Below, in pieces: positions 53,544-63,906 of a stretch of DNA of 64,000 nt (position 1 is its first letter; each line of letters starts with the position of its first letter). Location: IMG/VR virus record IMGVR_UViG_3300017971_000001, positions 181,277 to 245,276 of that record. One strand, written 5' to 3'. The position numbers and the translations under genes are program-made. The notes under the pieces are model-generated. The model saw only the letters and a program-made list of their open reading frames with translations, made no database searches and had not been told where the DNA came from.

Positions 53544-53996
53544 ATGGCTTTCGGAGGAACTCAGGCGAATCTCGCCGCCGGTGCGCGCACTGGTCAGTCC
53601 CGTTTCAGCATTCACGAGGTGACCGGCGTCACGCTCGCCGCTAACGCGGCCGCGTCCCCGGACCGCGCGAACGCTGACACTGGCGCTCTCACCACCAACC
53701 AGGGCGCGATCGACGCTGTCCCCGCCAACACCAACCAGCTGCTCGCTGGCTGGGGCCCCGGCGCGGACAACTGGACCCAGACCGACGTGGACGCGGTCAC
53801 CGCGCTCGCGCAGGACACGGGCGCCAACGTGACCAAGCTGGCGACCAGCAAGGCTCTCGTCGCGAACGTCAACCCCGCTCCCAGCGGCTCGACGATCAGC
53901 AACGAGAACTGCGAGGTCCTGGTCCACAACCTCGGCGCCGGCGCTGCTGACGCGGTCGAGGTCCGTCTGATTCTCGAGTCCACGCTGGTCCGCTAG
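53544..53996 (+). CDS. Ala/Thr-rich minor structural protein
   Basis: AGGAG RBS; 150 aa. Confidence 0.7.
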   Translation: MAFGGTQANLAAGARTGQSRFSIHEVTGVTLAANAAASPDRANADTGALTTNQGAIDAVPANTNQLLAGWGPGADNWTQTDVDAVTALAQDTGANVTKLATSKALVANVNPAPSGSTISNENCEVLVHNLGAGAADAVEVRLILESTLVR

Positions 53997-54024
53997 ACTC
54001 GAGTCTCAGAAAGTAGAGTCGGGT

Positions 54025-54681
54025 ATGACGATCTTCACGATCCCAGCAGGTCCTCCAGGCGCGACTGGTCCAACCGGTCCAGGTGGAGGCCCGCCCGGCC
54101 CTACGGGTCCGACTGGGGTCCAGGGTCCTACGGGCCCTGGCCCCGGAACGACTGGGCCAACCGGTCCCACTGGCCCCGGCGGCGGACCCTCGGGCGCAAC
54201 AGGCCCGACGGGTGCCGCGGGCGCCACAGGTCCCACCGGGCCTGGCTTCTCTTTCACAGTGGGCGCCGTGATTTCTCCGCCCGCGGGCGTGACCGCGATC
54301 TCGACGACACCGATCACTGACCCCACGACGGTCACGGTCAGTGACCCCAATGGCCTCCGATCTGGCGGTCGGATTGTGATCCCCCAGACGGGCGTCTGGC
54401 TGATCGTCCTCGCTGTCGCCGCGCGGAACTTTTCAACCGTCGGCAACAACGCGCTGATCGCCAGCATTCAACGCAACGGGGTGAACTTCAACGACGAGAC
54501 GATCAATATCGTCTCGAACGGGCTCGGCACCAACTTGATCGAGCAGAAGTGCGTGGTCTCCGCTCCGCTCAACTCGGGGGATCAGATCGGATCCAGGTTT
54601 GTTCTCGTCTCTGGAACCGGTGAACTCGTCGGCAGCGTCGGGCTTGGCGACACTCACCTCTCGGCTTACCGGATCGCCTAG
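54025..54681 (+). CDS. Collagen-like (GPT) fibre with C1q/TNF-like beta head
   Basis: Interrupted G-P-T triplets; [22 protein letters not shown]. Confidence 0.78.
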   Translation: MTIFTIPAGPPGATGPTGPGGGPPGPTGPTGVQGPTGPGPGTTGPTGPTGPGGGPSGATGPTGAAGATGPTGPGFSFTVGAVISPPAGVTAISTTPITDPTTVTVSDPNGLRSGGRIVIPQTGVWLIVLAVAARNFSTVGNNALIASIQRNGVNFNDETINIVSNGLGTNLIEQKCVVSAPLNSGDQIGSRFVLVSGTGELVGSVGLGDTHLSAYRIA

Positions 54682-55463
54682 TGACCCTCTTCACGATTCC
54701 CAGACTCGGCGGCGGCGCGGGCGCGCCCGGCCCAACTGGCCCGACGGGTCCGGCGGGCGGCCCCCCTGGCCCAACGGGACCGCTGGGGCCAACGGGTCCC
54801 GGGCCTGGCGTGACGGGACCTACGGGGCCAACAGGACCCGGTCCCGGCGTGACCGGCCCGACGGGCCCGACGGGATCCGGCGCGGCGCTTCAGCCGCTGG
54901 TCGTCTACCCGAGTCAGGCGGCGAACGCAGGCGTTGGCGGCGGAGACACCGCGGCAGTCGTCTGGGGCGGCGCCGGTGTCGCCGCTTACGTCGGAGCGGC
55001 CTCTGGCTTCGGGCAGCCTGGCGACGGTTGGGCCGTCAGTATTTTCAACCCTCCTGGGAACCCCGCCACAAGCGAGACAGTCGTTCTGGAGACGGGCGGT
55101 GCCTTCACCGGCGCGATCATTGGCTTCCACCTGACACTTGCCGTTCCCAGTAACTTCACCGGCTTTCAGAGCAACGCAATCCAAATTGCGACTCGGAGCG
55201 TTGGCGGCGGCGGGACGACCAGCGTCCAACTCGATCTCTACGATCCGACCAACGACGGCTACCTTGGCACGCCCCAGGCGAGCGCCTCTCGTGCGCTTCC
55301 GACTTCGCTCGAGAACTCCTACACCGATCTCACGATCCTCAGTAGCTCGATCGTGAACTCCTTCACCCCGGGTGGCATGATTCACATTGCTTACCGCGTG
55401 GTCTCTACCACCGGTGCCACTTACGGCGCTGCCTTTTCGAACTTGCGGATCAATTGGCAGTAA
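54681..55463 (+). CDS. Collagen-like (GPT) fibre with beta-sandwich head
   Basis: Paralogous start MT(I/L)FTIP; [11 protein letters not shown] repeats. Confidence 0.78.
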   Translation: MTLFTIPRLGGGAGAPGPTGPTGPAGGPPGPTGPLGPTGPGPGVTGPTGPTGPGPGVTGPTGPTGSGAALQPLVVYPSQAANAGVGGGDTAAVVWGGAGVAAYVGAASGFGQPGDGWAVSIFNPPGNPATSETVVLETGGAFTGAIIGFHLTLAVPSNFTGFQSNAIQIATRSVGGGGTTSVQLDLYDPTNDGYLGTPQASASRALPTSLENSYTDLTILSSSIVNSFTPGGMIHIAYRVVSTTGATYGAAFSNLRINWQ

Positions 55464-55535
55464 CGCACCTGCTCGAGTGGAAGGGCCAGCGATTCGTGCG
55501 AGGCTAGAAGGAGAGAAGAGAAGGGACTCTCCACC

Positions 55536-55976
55536 ATGCAAAGTACGATCTGCGGTCGCTGCACGCGTCACCCTCAGCAGCCTGTTCACATGCCGCTCTT
55601 GGTCCAGTTCAAAGTCCACGGGCACCCCACTTTTCGCTATCAATGCACTCGCTGCGGCGGGAAGGCGGACATTCAGTTCCGTCAGGGCCCTGACGGCAAG
55701 ACGTATGGCCAGCAGGTGAACCTCTCGGGTAACCCCAGGGAGTGGCTGCCTCAGCCTGTGAGCCCCAAGGATCAACTCGAGATCCCGGTCGCTTATACGC
55801 TCGGCAACGCGCCGGCGAACGCGCGCCGAACGGAGGTCGAGCCGCTCACGATCGAGACGGCCTACAGCCTCTTGCCTGGCGGGCAGCAGCGTGAGCTTGA
55901 TCCCAACGATCCGAGTCACCCGGCCAACATTCGTCGGCGGATTCAGCCGATCAACCCCCAGAAGGAACTCTTCTAG
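55536..55976 (+). CDS. Zinc-ribbon protein
   Basis: ICGRC..YQCTRCG. Confidence 0.65.
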   Translation: MQSTICGRCTRHPQQPVHMPLLVQFKVHGHPTFRYQCTRCGGKADIQFRQGPDGKTYGQQVNLSGNPREWLPQPVSPKDQLEIPVAYTLGNAPANARRTEVEPLTIETAYSLLPGGQQRELDPNDPSHPANIRRRIQPINPQKELF

Positions 55977-55988
55977 GAGGCTCCGGTC

Positions 55989-56315
55989 GTGCCCTTCCCC
56001 GATCTGCAGTTGACCCAGGACCTGAACAAGGGTCCCGGCGGGACGAACGAGCTCTTCGCGGAGGGTGAAGGTGTCCCCGACAACGGAGACAACACGTTCC
56101 GGATCCCATTCCTCGACGCGGGGATCCTGCCGGAAAACATTGACGAGGATCAAATGAAGATCTTCGTCATTCCGGACCGTGTGACGACGGGCGTGACCGA
56201 CGCTTCCTTCGTTTCGCTCAGCGGCGACAAGCAGTTCATGACGATCAACTTTGTTCAGTCCGGCGCCGGCGTCGCGCGCGTCGTGGTCGAGATCACCCAC
56301 AGCGCCACGAGGTAG
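55989..56315 (+). CDS. Small acidic beta protein
   Basis: GGAGG RBS, GTG start. Confidence 0.68.
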   Translation: MPFPDLQLTQDLNKGPGGTNELFAEGEGVPDNGDNTFRIPFLDAGILPENIDEDQMKIFVIPDRVTTGVTDASFVSLSGDKQFMTINFVQSGAGVARVVVEITHSATR

Positions 56316-56317
56316 CC

Positions 56318-57001
56318 ATGCCCGGCCCGATCTTCGTTTTCAGTGGCAATGTGGGCGGCGGAGGTTCCCCTCCGTCGTCGTTCTCTGCGTCCCTGACGCG
56401 CCTTTTCGGCTCCCCGTTCGAGATCGGCGCCCAGCTGATCAATCCCACGTTCACTGCGACCTACAGCCCGATCGGTACCGAGACGTCAGCGACACTTCAG
56501 GACAACGACGGCAACCCAGTCCAGAACGTGCTCGCCTTGCCAAACCCATTGACCATGCCGTTCACCTACCAGCGCGACACGATCGGCGGGTCGGTGACGT
56601 GGACGCTCAACGCGAGCGACGGGGTCAACAACGACAGCGATAACGTGAGTGCCACGTGGCTGCCGCGGGTCTATTGGGGCGTGGACGCGAACCCGGCGCT
56701 TGCGACGGAAGCGGATATCGAGGGACTTACCAACAACGGCCTGCAGTCGAACAAGGCGCTAAACTTCACCTTCAGCGCGACCAACGAATACGTCTACTAC
56801 GGTTTCCCGACGGCGTTTCCAGCCGCCCCGCTCGACTTCCAGATCGGGCCTTTCCCTGGTGGATTCATTCAACAGGTCGCGAGCGTGAACGTCACGGCGA
56901 ACACGCCCGGCGCTCCTGTGCTGACGTATCAGCTATGGCGATCGACCAACGCGCTCAACACTTCGATCTCTGGACCCCAAACGCTCGTCGTGAGCGCATA
57001 G
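56318..57001 (+). CDS. Ig-like/beta-sandwich structural protein
   Basis: PTFTATYS..VTWTL..YWG..YVYYGFP..YQLWRS. Confidence 0.68.
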   Translation: MPGPIFVFSGNVGGGGSPPSSFSASLTRLFGSPFEIGAQLINPTFTATYSPIGTETSATLQDNDGNPVQNVLALPNPLTMPFTYQRDTIGGSVTWTLNASDGVNNDSDNVSATWLPRVYWGVDANPALATEADIEGLTNNGLQSNKALNFTFSATNEYVYYGFPTAFPAAPLDFQIGPFPGGFIQQVASVNVTANTPGAPVLTYQLWRSTNALNTSISGPQTLVVSA

Positions 57002-57010
57002 GAGTAGGCA

Positions 57011-57658
57011 ATGGCCTCGACGGATCCAGGACCGGGGTATCAGCTAGGCGACGTTGCCGTTCCGGCGACGGTTTCCCCGATCGCTACCACTCCAGTGGTG
57101 CGCGCGAGCGATCTCCTCGGAAGCCACCGCACCGTCGACACGATTCTTGAGCGCGATTCGATCAACGCGGTTTACCGCGACGAAGGCATGACGGTCTGGG
57201 TCACTTCGACCAACGAGCTCTACCGGCTCGTCGGAGGGATCGCCAATTCAGACTGGGTGCTCGAGACGTCTGTCACGGCGGGCGAGGTCACCTTCGCTCT
57301 GAACTACGCTGTTGGCGTTGCGGTGCGCGACGTGGTCTACCTCTCCTCGGCGGACACCGTTGATCGCGCAGACGCCTCCGCGCTGGCGACCATGCCCGCG
57401 TTCGGTGTTGTGGCTGCGCTGGATTTCCCGGCTGCCGGCCAGGCACTCGTCAAGCGGATCGGCACAGTCACCGGCTTCGCTGGCCTGAGCGCGAACGATA
57501 TCTACGTTCAAAGCACGACGCCGGGCACAATCCTTCCTGAAGGGTCAGGCGACCCAGCTTTCCCCAGCGTCGCAGGCGAAGTTATTCAGTCGATCGGCCA
57601 GGCGATCAACGCGACGGACCTGGCAGTCGATTGCAGCAGCATGCCCTTGGAGCTCTAG
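57011..57658 (+). CDS. Fibre/cement-like structural protein
   Basis: EGMTVWVT..LYRL..DW, then DVVYL..ADA..PAFGVV cement-like (DUF2190-type) pattern. Confidence 0.62.
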   Translation: MASTDPGPGYQLGDVAVPATVSPIATTPVVRASDLLGSHRTVDTILERDSINAVYRDEGMTVWVTSTNELYRLVGGIANSDWVLETSVTAGEVTFALNYAVGVAVRDVVYLSSADTVDRADASALATMPAFGVVAALDFPAAGQALVKRIGTVTGFAGLSANDIYVQSTTPGTILPEGSGDPAFPSVAGEVIQSIGQAINATDLAVDCSSMPLEL

Positions 57659-57660
57659 CC

Positions 57661-57930
57661 ATGCCCGTCCCTCCTAATTTTGAAGTCGGGGATCGAGTCG
57701 AGGTGCGCAGCGCGCCTTCGAATCCCTGGCTACCCGGAGAAGTAACTGCTCTCGGGCTCGGCGCCGCGGGCGACTGCTATCGAGTCCTGCTCGACACTCC
57801 TGTGACGGCGGACGCTTGGGGCGGGGCGACCCGCCGCTACGGCGGCTCGGACACGCTCGAGACCGTCTACGTTCACTACCAGACTGAAGAATTCAACCCC
57901 GTAACGTACATCAAGGCAGAGGGTGCTTAG
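57661..57930 (+). CDS. SH3/Tudor-like small protein
   Basis: FEVGDRVEV..WLPGEV..YRVLLD. Confidence 0.62.
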   Translation: MPVPPNFEVGDRVEVRSAPSNPWLPGEVTALGLGAAGDCYRVLLDTPVTADAWGGATRRYGGSDTLETVYVHYQTEEFNPVTYIKAEGA

Positions 57931-57932
57931 CC

Positions 57933-60509
57933 ATGGCTCAGGTTAGTCTTTTCACGCGCAGTGCGGGGCGCTCAAACCTGCGCGGGCTCGACGAGTCCGC
58001 AGATCAGGTTCTGGTAAGCCAGATCGAGGGCACGGAAGCCGCCCGCTCTTTGTGGGCGGACACGGCCGCGACGAGCGCCAACCTCGCGACCGGAACGAAC
58101 ATTACCGCGGTCCAACTGGGCGCCGCGGCCTCGACCGTCACGGTGCCTGGAAACCTGACGATCAACGGAACGACGACCACGGTCAACACGACCAACCTCA
58201 CGGTCACCGACGCGCTGATCTACGCCAACGACGGTGGCGCGGACCCCAGCTTTGCGGGTATCGCGTGGGACCAGGGCGCGGCGCTCGACGTGATCACGGT
58301 CTGGAACCCGACCAACAGCCGGATCGAGTTCGGTCGATTCAACACGGTCGGAGGAACGTCGGTCCCCGCAGCCGCTCTGACCACCCTGAGTGACGTTCGT
58401 GTCAACGACCTCTCTCTGGCAGGCACGGAGATCGCCGGCGATTCGGCCGTCACGGTTTCGGCCGCGACCGGATCGGTCACTCTCGACGCCGCTGCCGCCG
58501 GATCGGTCAACTTCGACGTCAACGGTACGACCTTTTGGCAGGTCACGTCCGGCGGTGACTTCACTGCTTTCACCGACGACCAGGACGACATTGGAACGCC
58601 GAGCGCCGGGCGCCCCGCCAACGTCTACGTGTCCAACAGCGCTGTGATCGGCGACGCGAACACAGTGACGGTCAACGGGACTTCGGTCTCGGCGAGTTCG
58701 GACCTTACGATCGAGTCGGATCAGACCACGGACTCGACGCTGACGATCCAGTCGGGTGACGCGATCGAGATCAGCGCCGGCCAGAACAGCGGAGCCGGTG
58801 ACGTCACCGTGTTCGGCGCTGGTCTCGGCACGTTCGGCGTGGGAAGCAACGCCTCCCTCTCGGACTTCATGCTGAGGATCGACAACAACAGCACCGTGAC
58901 CCTTGCCGCTGGCTCCGGCGCCGATCTCTCGCTCGGCTCGGGCGGAACGCAGTGGGTGATCGACAACGCCAACGGCGACCTCTACACGCCGGACAACGTC
59001 GATATCGGTGAGGCGACCCAGGCCAACAGCCCGGACAACATTTACGCCGCGACCAGCGTCACGGTCGGGACCACGGTCACGATCACGACCAACGCGGTGA
59101 CCGGCAGCGCCGGCCTAACGGTGGACACGGCCGCGGCCCTTAGTCTCGGAACGGCCACTGCGACGTCAATCACGATCGGCCGCTCGGGCGTTCTGACGGA
59201 CTTCCCCAGCGGTTCGTCCGTGGACTTCACGGGCGCCACTGTGACCGGCTTGGCGCTCGGGGCCAGTAGCTTGGCGGCGACGCTTGCGGTCGGTAACACC
59301 ACGGGCGGCAACGACATTATCTTCACCAGCGGAGACGTGATCCAGGGTGAAGACGCGGCGGCCGGCGGCAACCTGGCTCTGAATGGCGGCGATTCGTCGG
59401 CCAGTAACAACGCCGGCGGCGCAGTTTCCGTGATCGGCGGCGTGGGCAATGGTTCCGGGGCCGGTGGCGCGCTTACGCTTACCGGCGGCCTGGCTGGCGC
59501 CACGGGAGGCGGCGGCAACATTGTCATGTCCGGCGGCGCCGGAATCGCGGGTATCGGCGGCGCGGTCACGATCTTCGGTGGTCAGTCGGGAGGGGCGAAC
59601 CAAGGCGGAAACGTTATTGTCCGCGCCGGTGCTGCGGCAAACGCAGCCGGAGCTACGCCCGGAACGCTCACGCTCGACGGCGGCGACTCGAGCGGATCCA
59701 GTGGCGCGTCTGGCGGGAACGTCGTGATCACAGGTGGCGATAGCGGCGCTTTTTCCCAGTCCGGCGGAACTGTCTCGATCACGGGCGGCACCGGCTTGGT
59801 CACGGATAACGCCGGCGGCGCAGTCAGCGTCACGGGCGGTCCGGCGATTGGCGGCGACAACGCCGGCGGCGCGGTCTCTGTGACAGGCGGGTCGAGCACG
59901 GGCACGGTCAACGGAGCCGACGTCACGGTCGCCGGCGGTTCGGCTACGGGAACCGGCGTCGACGGTCGGGTGATCTTCACCTCGGGCGGGACGACTTACG
60001 GGCTCACTGCTTCGGGCGTCTCCGGCCCCGCGCTCACGACCACAGCCCAGACTGTGATCGAGGCGATCAACGAGGTCAACGCTAGCGCGGCGACCTTCAC
60101 CCAGACGTTCACCAACAACACGGGTTCGGCGATTCTCGAGGGCGAGGTTCTCGCTCCCAGTGCTACGACCGCAGGTGAGATCGTTCTGGGCGACGCCTCG
60201 TCCGACAACAACGCTTCGCTGGTCGTTGGCTTCGGACCTTCGGGCGGCATTGCTGACGGCGCCTCGGGCGGAGTCTTTAGCGTTCGCGGTCAGTTGGTCA
60301 CCGCTCGCTTCGACGCCTCGCTCACGCTGGCTGAGGGCGAGCTCGTCTTCCTCTCGGAGACTGCGGGCCGAATCACGAACGTGGTCCCGACGACCGTGAA
60401 CACCGTCGCGCAGCAGGTTGGCTGGATCACGGACACGCTCAGCTACGACGGCACGACCGACTTCCTGGCCCAGATCTTCTTCATGGACGGCCCTCGGCTC
60501 GTCAACTAG
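57933..60509 (+). CDS. Long Gly/Thr/Ser-rich spike or fibre protein
   Basis: Repeated GG(A/N/T)V.(I/V).GG units; cement-like C-terminal domain. Confidence 0.8.
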   Translation: MAQVSLFTRSAGRSNLRGLDESADQVLVSQIEGTEAARSLWADTAATSANLATGTNITAVQLGAAASTVTVPGNLTINGTTTTVNTTNLTVTDALIYANDGGADPSFAGIAWDQGAALDVITVWNPTNSRIEFGRFNTVGGTSVPAAALTTLSDVRVNDLSLAGTEIAGDSAVTVSAATGSVTLDAAAAGSVNFDVNGTTFWQVTSGGDFTAFTDDQDDIGTPSAGRPANVYVSNSAVIGDANTVTVNGTSVSASSDLTIESDQTTDSTLTIQSGDAIEISAGQNSGAGDVTVFGAGLGTFGVGSNASLSDFMLRIDNNSTVTLAAGSGADLSLGSGGTQWVIDNANGDLYTPDNVDIGEATQANSPDNIYAATSVTVGTTVTITTNAVTGSAGLTVDTAAALSLGTATATSITIGRSGVLTDFPSGSSVDFTGATVTGLALGASSLAATLAVGNTTGGNDIIFTSGDVIQGEDAAAGGNLALNGGDSSASNNAGGAVSVIGGVGNGSGAGGALTLTGGLAGATGGGGNIVMSGGAGIAGIGGAVTIFGGQSGGANQGGNVIVRAGAAANAAGATPGTLTLDGGDSSGSSGASGGNVVITGGDSGAFSQSGGTVSITGGTGLVTDNAGGAVSVTGGPAIGGDNAGGAVSVTGGSSTGTVNGADVTVAGGSATGTGVDGRVIFTSGGTTYGLTASGVSGPALTTTAQTVIEAINEVNASAATFTQTFTNNTGSAILEGEVLAPSATTAGEIVLGDASSDNNASLVVGFGPSGGIADGASGGVFSVRGQLVTARFDASLTLAEGELVFLSETAGRITNVVPTTVNTVAQQVGWITDTLSYDGTTDFLAQIFFMDGPRLVN

Positions 60510-60670
60510 CCTGGAAGGGCCTAAGGCACCAGAAGTGGAAACGGCAAACCGACTGTTCCTTGGGGCAGTCGGTTTGTCCGTTTCTGGTAAGTTGCAGCAA
60601 GTCCTGGCAGGGGCCTATTTACTTGCCACCAGGCCTGTGCTTGCAAGAAGCAGCTAAGAGAAGAGGTTTC

Positions 60671-61198
60671 ATGTCCAAGAGTCGAAAGCCGCGCCGGCGC
60701 AAGGGGTCACCCAAGCCGAACGTGAATCCCCAAAAACCCCAAGAGCCCCAGAAGATCACTCGCGAGCTCAACGATCTCGAGCGCTTGGCCTGCGAGCTCG
60801 TTCAAGTTCGCTCGCAGTTGGCGAACAGTCGCGAGGAACTGAAGAAGGCGGTCGTGGCGCGCTACAAGGAAGAGGCGAGGCTGCGGGAGGCGTTGGCGAA
60901 CATGGAGCTCAAGCTCCTGACCCAAGAGATCAACGATCACAACGCCAAGAACCTCGAGCTCGCCAAGGCTCACAACCTCCCCGATTCGTTCGAGTTCAAG
61001 AAGGACCCTGTGACGGGAAAGCACTCGATCGTCTACGAGAGCGGCGCACCGGTGGGAAACGACGTCGTGCCCCCCGCGGGCGATCTCCCCTCGCCTCCTG
61101 TGTCCGGCGATTCGGCTGACGAGGACGAGGACGAGGACGACTCTACCGAGCCCTCGGAGGAAATCAACGAGGAGGCGACCGCACCGGCGGCCAGCTAA
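60671..61198 (+). CDS. Coiled-coil protein with acidic tail
   Basis: ATG 60671 after a GAGG RBS. Confidence 0.72.
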   Translation: MSKSRKPRRRKGSPKPNVNPQKPQEPQKITRELNDLERLACELVQVRSQLANSREELKKAVVARYKEEARLREALANMELKLLTQEINDHNAKNLELAKAHNLPDSFEFKKDPVTGKHSIVYESGAPVGNDVVPPAGDLPSPPVSGDSADEDEDEDDSTEPSEEINEEATAPAAS

Positions 61199-61303
61199 CT
61201 CAACCAGACCAGTTTGTTCCTTGCTTGGGTCCGCCCGCTGGTGCGTTGCCAGCGGGCGGATTCGTTGGGTGGCGCCAAATGAAACTGCCTCGATAATTGA
61301 ATA

Positions 61304-62047
61304 GTGAGAGCATTCAATCTTCCATGTCCTCCGGACACGCCGCTGGGCCAAGAGATCCTCGCTCTCGCGCGCAGCGAGGATCCGCAAGACCGCGAGCGGT
61401 TGTTTCAACTGCTCGACGACGCGGGCGCCGAGATCGACGTGCCGGATCAAGGCGAGGTCGCGATCGGCGGCAGGTCGTGTGAATTCTCGTTCACGCACCA
61501 GGTCCTTGAGGTCGAGGGCGTTCTGGACGAAACCTTTTGCCGCGACGTGATCGAGCTCGCCGAATCCAAGGGCGTCTGGAGTGACAGCACGCAAGTCCGG
61601 GGCGGCGGTCCGGTCTACCAGGACGAAAATCGCACCAGCCAGTATCAGCGCTTGCGCGATATCTGCTTTCCTGACTACGCCGACCACTTGCAGCAAAGGC
61701 TGATCGAGGTCGCCAAGTTCTACCAGGCTCGCAACAAGTACCTTGTGTTCAAGGAGCAGGAGATCAGCTGGGAGCTCCTGCGCTACCAGCCCGGCGACAA
61801 GTTCGAGACGCACGTCGACATGATCGCCAACAGCAGCTGGAAGGCGCGGACGCTGACCTTGCTCGCCTACCTGAACGACGACTTCAGCGGAGGGGAGACG
61901 GAGTTCGTCAAGCCGGGCCCTGAGGTGACCGTCCAACCGAAGCGCGGGAAGGCGATCGCCAGCCCGCCGTTCTGGACACACCCGCACCGAGGCTGCCCGC
62001 CGACCAGCGGCAGTAAATACGTCGTCCTTGGGTGGCTGTACGCATGA
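61304..62047 (+). CDS. 2OG-Fe(II) oxygenase (prolyl 4-hydroxylase-like)
   Basis: RYQPGDKFETHVD, YLNDDFSGGETEF, THPHRG, GSKY. Confidence 0.88.
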   Translation: MRAFNLPCPPDTPLGQEILALARSEDPQDRERLFQLLDDAGAEIDVPDQGEVAIGGRSCEFSFTHQVLEVEGVLDETFCRDVIELAESKGVWSDSTQVRGGGPVYQDENRTSQYQRLRDICFPDYADHLQQRLIEVAKFYQARNKYLVFKEQEISWELLRYQPGDKFETHVDMIANSSWKARTLTLLAYLNDDFSGGETEFVKPGPEVTVQPKRGKAIASPPFWTHPHRGCPPTSGSKYVVLGWLYA

Positions 62048-63906
62048 GTTATTGGAAAGCCTGGCTCGCACGTCGCGGCGTGTTCAACGTTCCCGACTCA
62101 GCGCTTCCGCCGGAGCCGCCGCGCGAGACCGTGCGCAGCAACCCGGCTGAGGAGGGAAGGACTTGGTACCTCGACGAAATGGGGGCCATGCCGAAGCTCA
62201 AGAAGCAGGCCAAGGGTCGCGGACGCCGCTTCCGACTCGAACCTCCCGAGGACGCGGTCGAGGCGGTCTATCAGTTCTTGGTTGAAGAAGCTTCGATCCG
62301 CCTCGCTGCGATCAACCGGCACGTCGCTTCAGGCGGGAGCGCCTGCCGAAAGGTCCATGGCGGCTTCCCCCGCTCCCGTGGATTCAAGTGTGTTTCCTTT
62401 TCGGTGGCCTCTGAAGACCGCTGCGGCGGCCGCCCGACGATCGCGAGCATGGCGCACGAATTTGGGGTTAGCCACAAGCGCGCTCGCATGTTCGTCTGCC
62501 AAGCCCAGACGAAGATCGTCAAGGAGGGATACGAATTGCCCCTCGAGGTCCCCGACGTGAGCAAGTTCCGAGCGCTCATTGCCCGAGAGCTCCTGCTCCC
62601 CAAGTACGCTTACTACTTCGCGAGCGGTTCTGCGTCCCCGGGTGAAATCGCAGGTGCTGCTGAGCTCGGCGATCGAATCGGCGCGGGCGTCACGGTCAAC
62701 AAGTGCCGAGAGGGGACCCAGTGCTTCGCCGGCGTCATGGATTTGATTTGGCGCAAGGGGGTCAAGGTTTTCGTTGACTCGGGTGCCTTCGAGGAGGTCG
62801 CGGCCAAGGGCGGAAAGCTCAAGGTCGTCTCACCGATCGACGACGAAGCCTGGGCCGAACGACTCGAGACCTACCTGAAGATCGCGCGTGTCTTCGGCGG
62901 CCGCGCTCACGTCGTCGCTCCAGACCGAGTCGGAAGTCAGAGCGACACGCTGGAGCGCCTCAAGGCGTATCGCGATCAAATGGCCCCCGTAATCGCGAAG
63001 GGGGCCAAGATCTTGGTGCCCGTGCAGCGCGGAAGCAAGTCCGCCTCCGCGTTCTATAAGCAGGCCAAGAAGGCGCTCGGCACGAAGGAGCCGCAGTGCA
63101 TGCCGGCCTTCCCCATGAAGAAGGGCGCCTACTCTCTTGAGGAGCTCCTCTCGTTTGTCCGCAAGGAGAAACCTCACGAAGTCCACTTGCTCGGCCTTGG
63201 CCCCGGCGGCAGCGCGCAGGCCAAGAAGTCTGGAAACAAGAAGGTGGACGCCAGCGAGGTGCTTAGGCGAGTTCACGAGGTCTCTCCGAGGACCAAGATC
63301 TACATGGACTCGGTCCTGGTTCGCTCCGGCGCCGGCCGCGGCTTCCTGAGCTTGAGCCCGAACGTCTACACGCAAGCTCAGGACGTCGTCCGATTCGAGC
63401 TCATTGACGAGGCATTCCAGAAAAGCTGGTTCGGCGGCCAGTCCATGGAGAACTGGATCAAGTGGGTTCAGGGTGAAGGCGGTTACTGGGGCGACGAGCC
63501 TGTGATCGATTACACCAACTGGATCTTCGAGGGGATTGATATTTGGTTCCCACAGGACTTCCGCGAACTCATTCCGAAGGAACTCAAGTTCTTGGGATAC
63601 ACAGGACTGCCGCCGAAGTCCCTTGCGGTCGAAAGTCCCTACGACTACTTGAGCAAGGTCGCCGAGGACTACGACCTCTGGGCCGACCAGTCGTTCAGCT
63701 TCTGGCTGGATCGGCACTTCGCCGCGTTCTTGGGGAGCCTTTACGCTGTGAGGCGCAAGCGTGACGCGATCCCGCTTGCCTGGCAGCAGCGCGACCTCGA
63801 AACCTTTCTTGCTGAACTCCCTTCGCTCGAGTCGGCGATCCCTTACGTCATGTTCCAGGACGAGCACGGGGAATCCGGCCCCTTCGTTATGAGGTTTGAA
63901 TCATGA
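62044..63906 (+). CDS. TGT/DpdA-like (base-exchange fold) protein with N-terminal RSNP and HTH
   Basis: VFVDSGAF, VAPDRVG, LVPVQRG, EVHLLGLG, IYMDS; TIASMAHEFGVSHKRAR HTH; ATGA overlap. Confidence 0.68.
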   Translation: MSYWKAWLARRGVFNVPDSALPPEPPRETVRSNPAEEGRTWYLDEMGAMPKLKKQAKGRGRRFRLEPPEDAVEAVYQFLVEEASIRLAAINRHVASGGSACRKVHGGFPRSRGFKCVSFSVASEDRCGGRPTIASMAHEFGVSHKRARMFVCQAQTKIVKEGYELPLEVPDVSKFRALIARELLLPKYAYYFASGSASPGEIAGAAELGDRIGAGVTVNKCREGTQCFAGVMDLIWRKGVKVFVDSGAFEEVAAKGGKLKVVSPIDDEAWAERLETYLKIARVFGGRAHVVAPDRVGSQSDTLERLKAYRDQMAPVIAKGAKILVPVQRGSKSASAFYKQAKKALGTKEPQCMPAFPMKKGAYSLEELLSFVRKEKPHEVHLLGLGPGGSAQAKKSGNKKVDASEVLRRVHEVSPRTKIYMDSVLVRSGAGRGFLSLSPNVYTQAQDVVRFELIDEAFQKSWFGGQSMENWIKWVQGEGGYWGDEPVIDYTNWIFEGIDIWFPQDFRELIPKELKFLGYTGLPPKSLAVESPYDYLSKVAEDYDLWADQSFSFWLDRHFAAFLGSLYAVRRKRDAIPLAWQQRDLETFLAELPSLESAIPYVMFQDEHGESGPFVMRFES

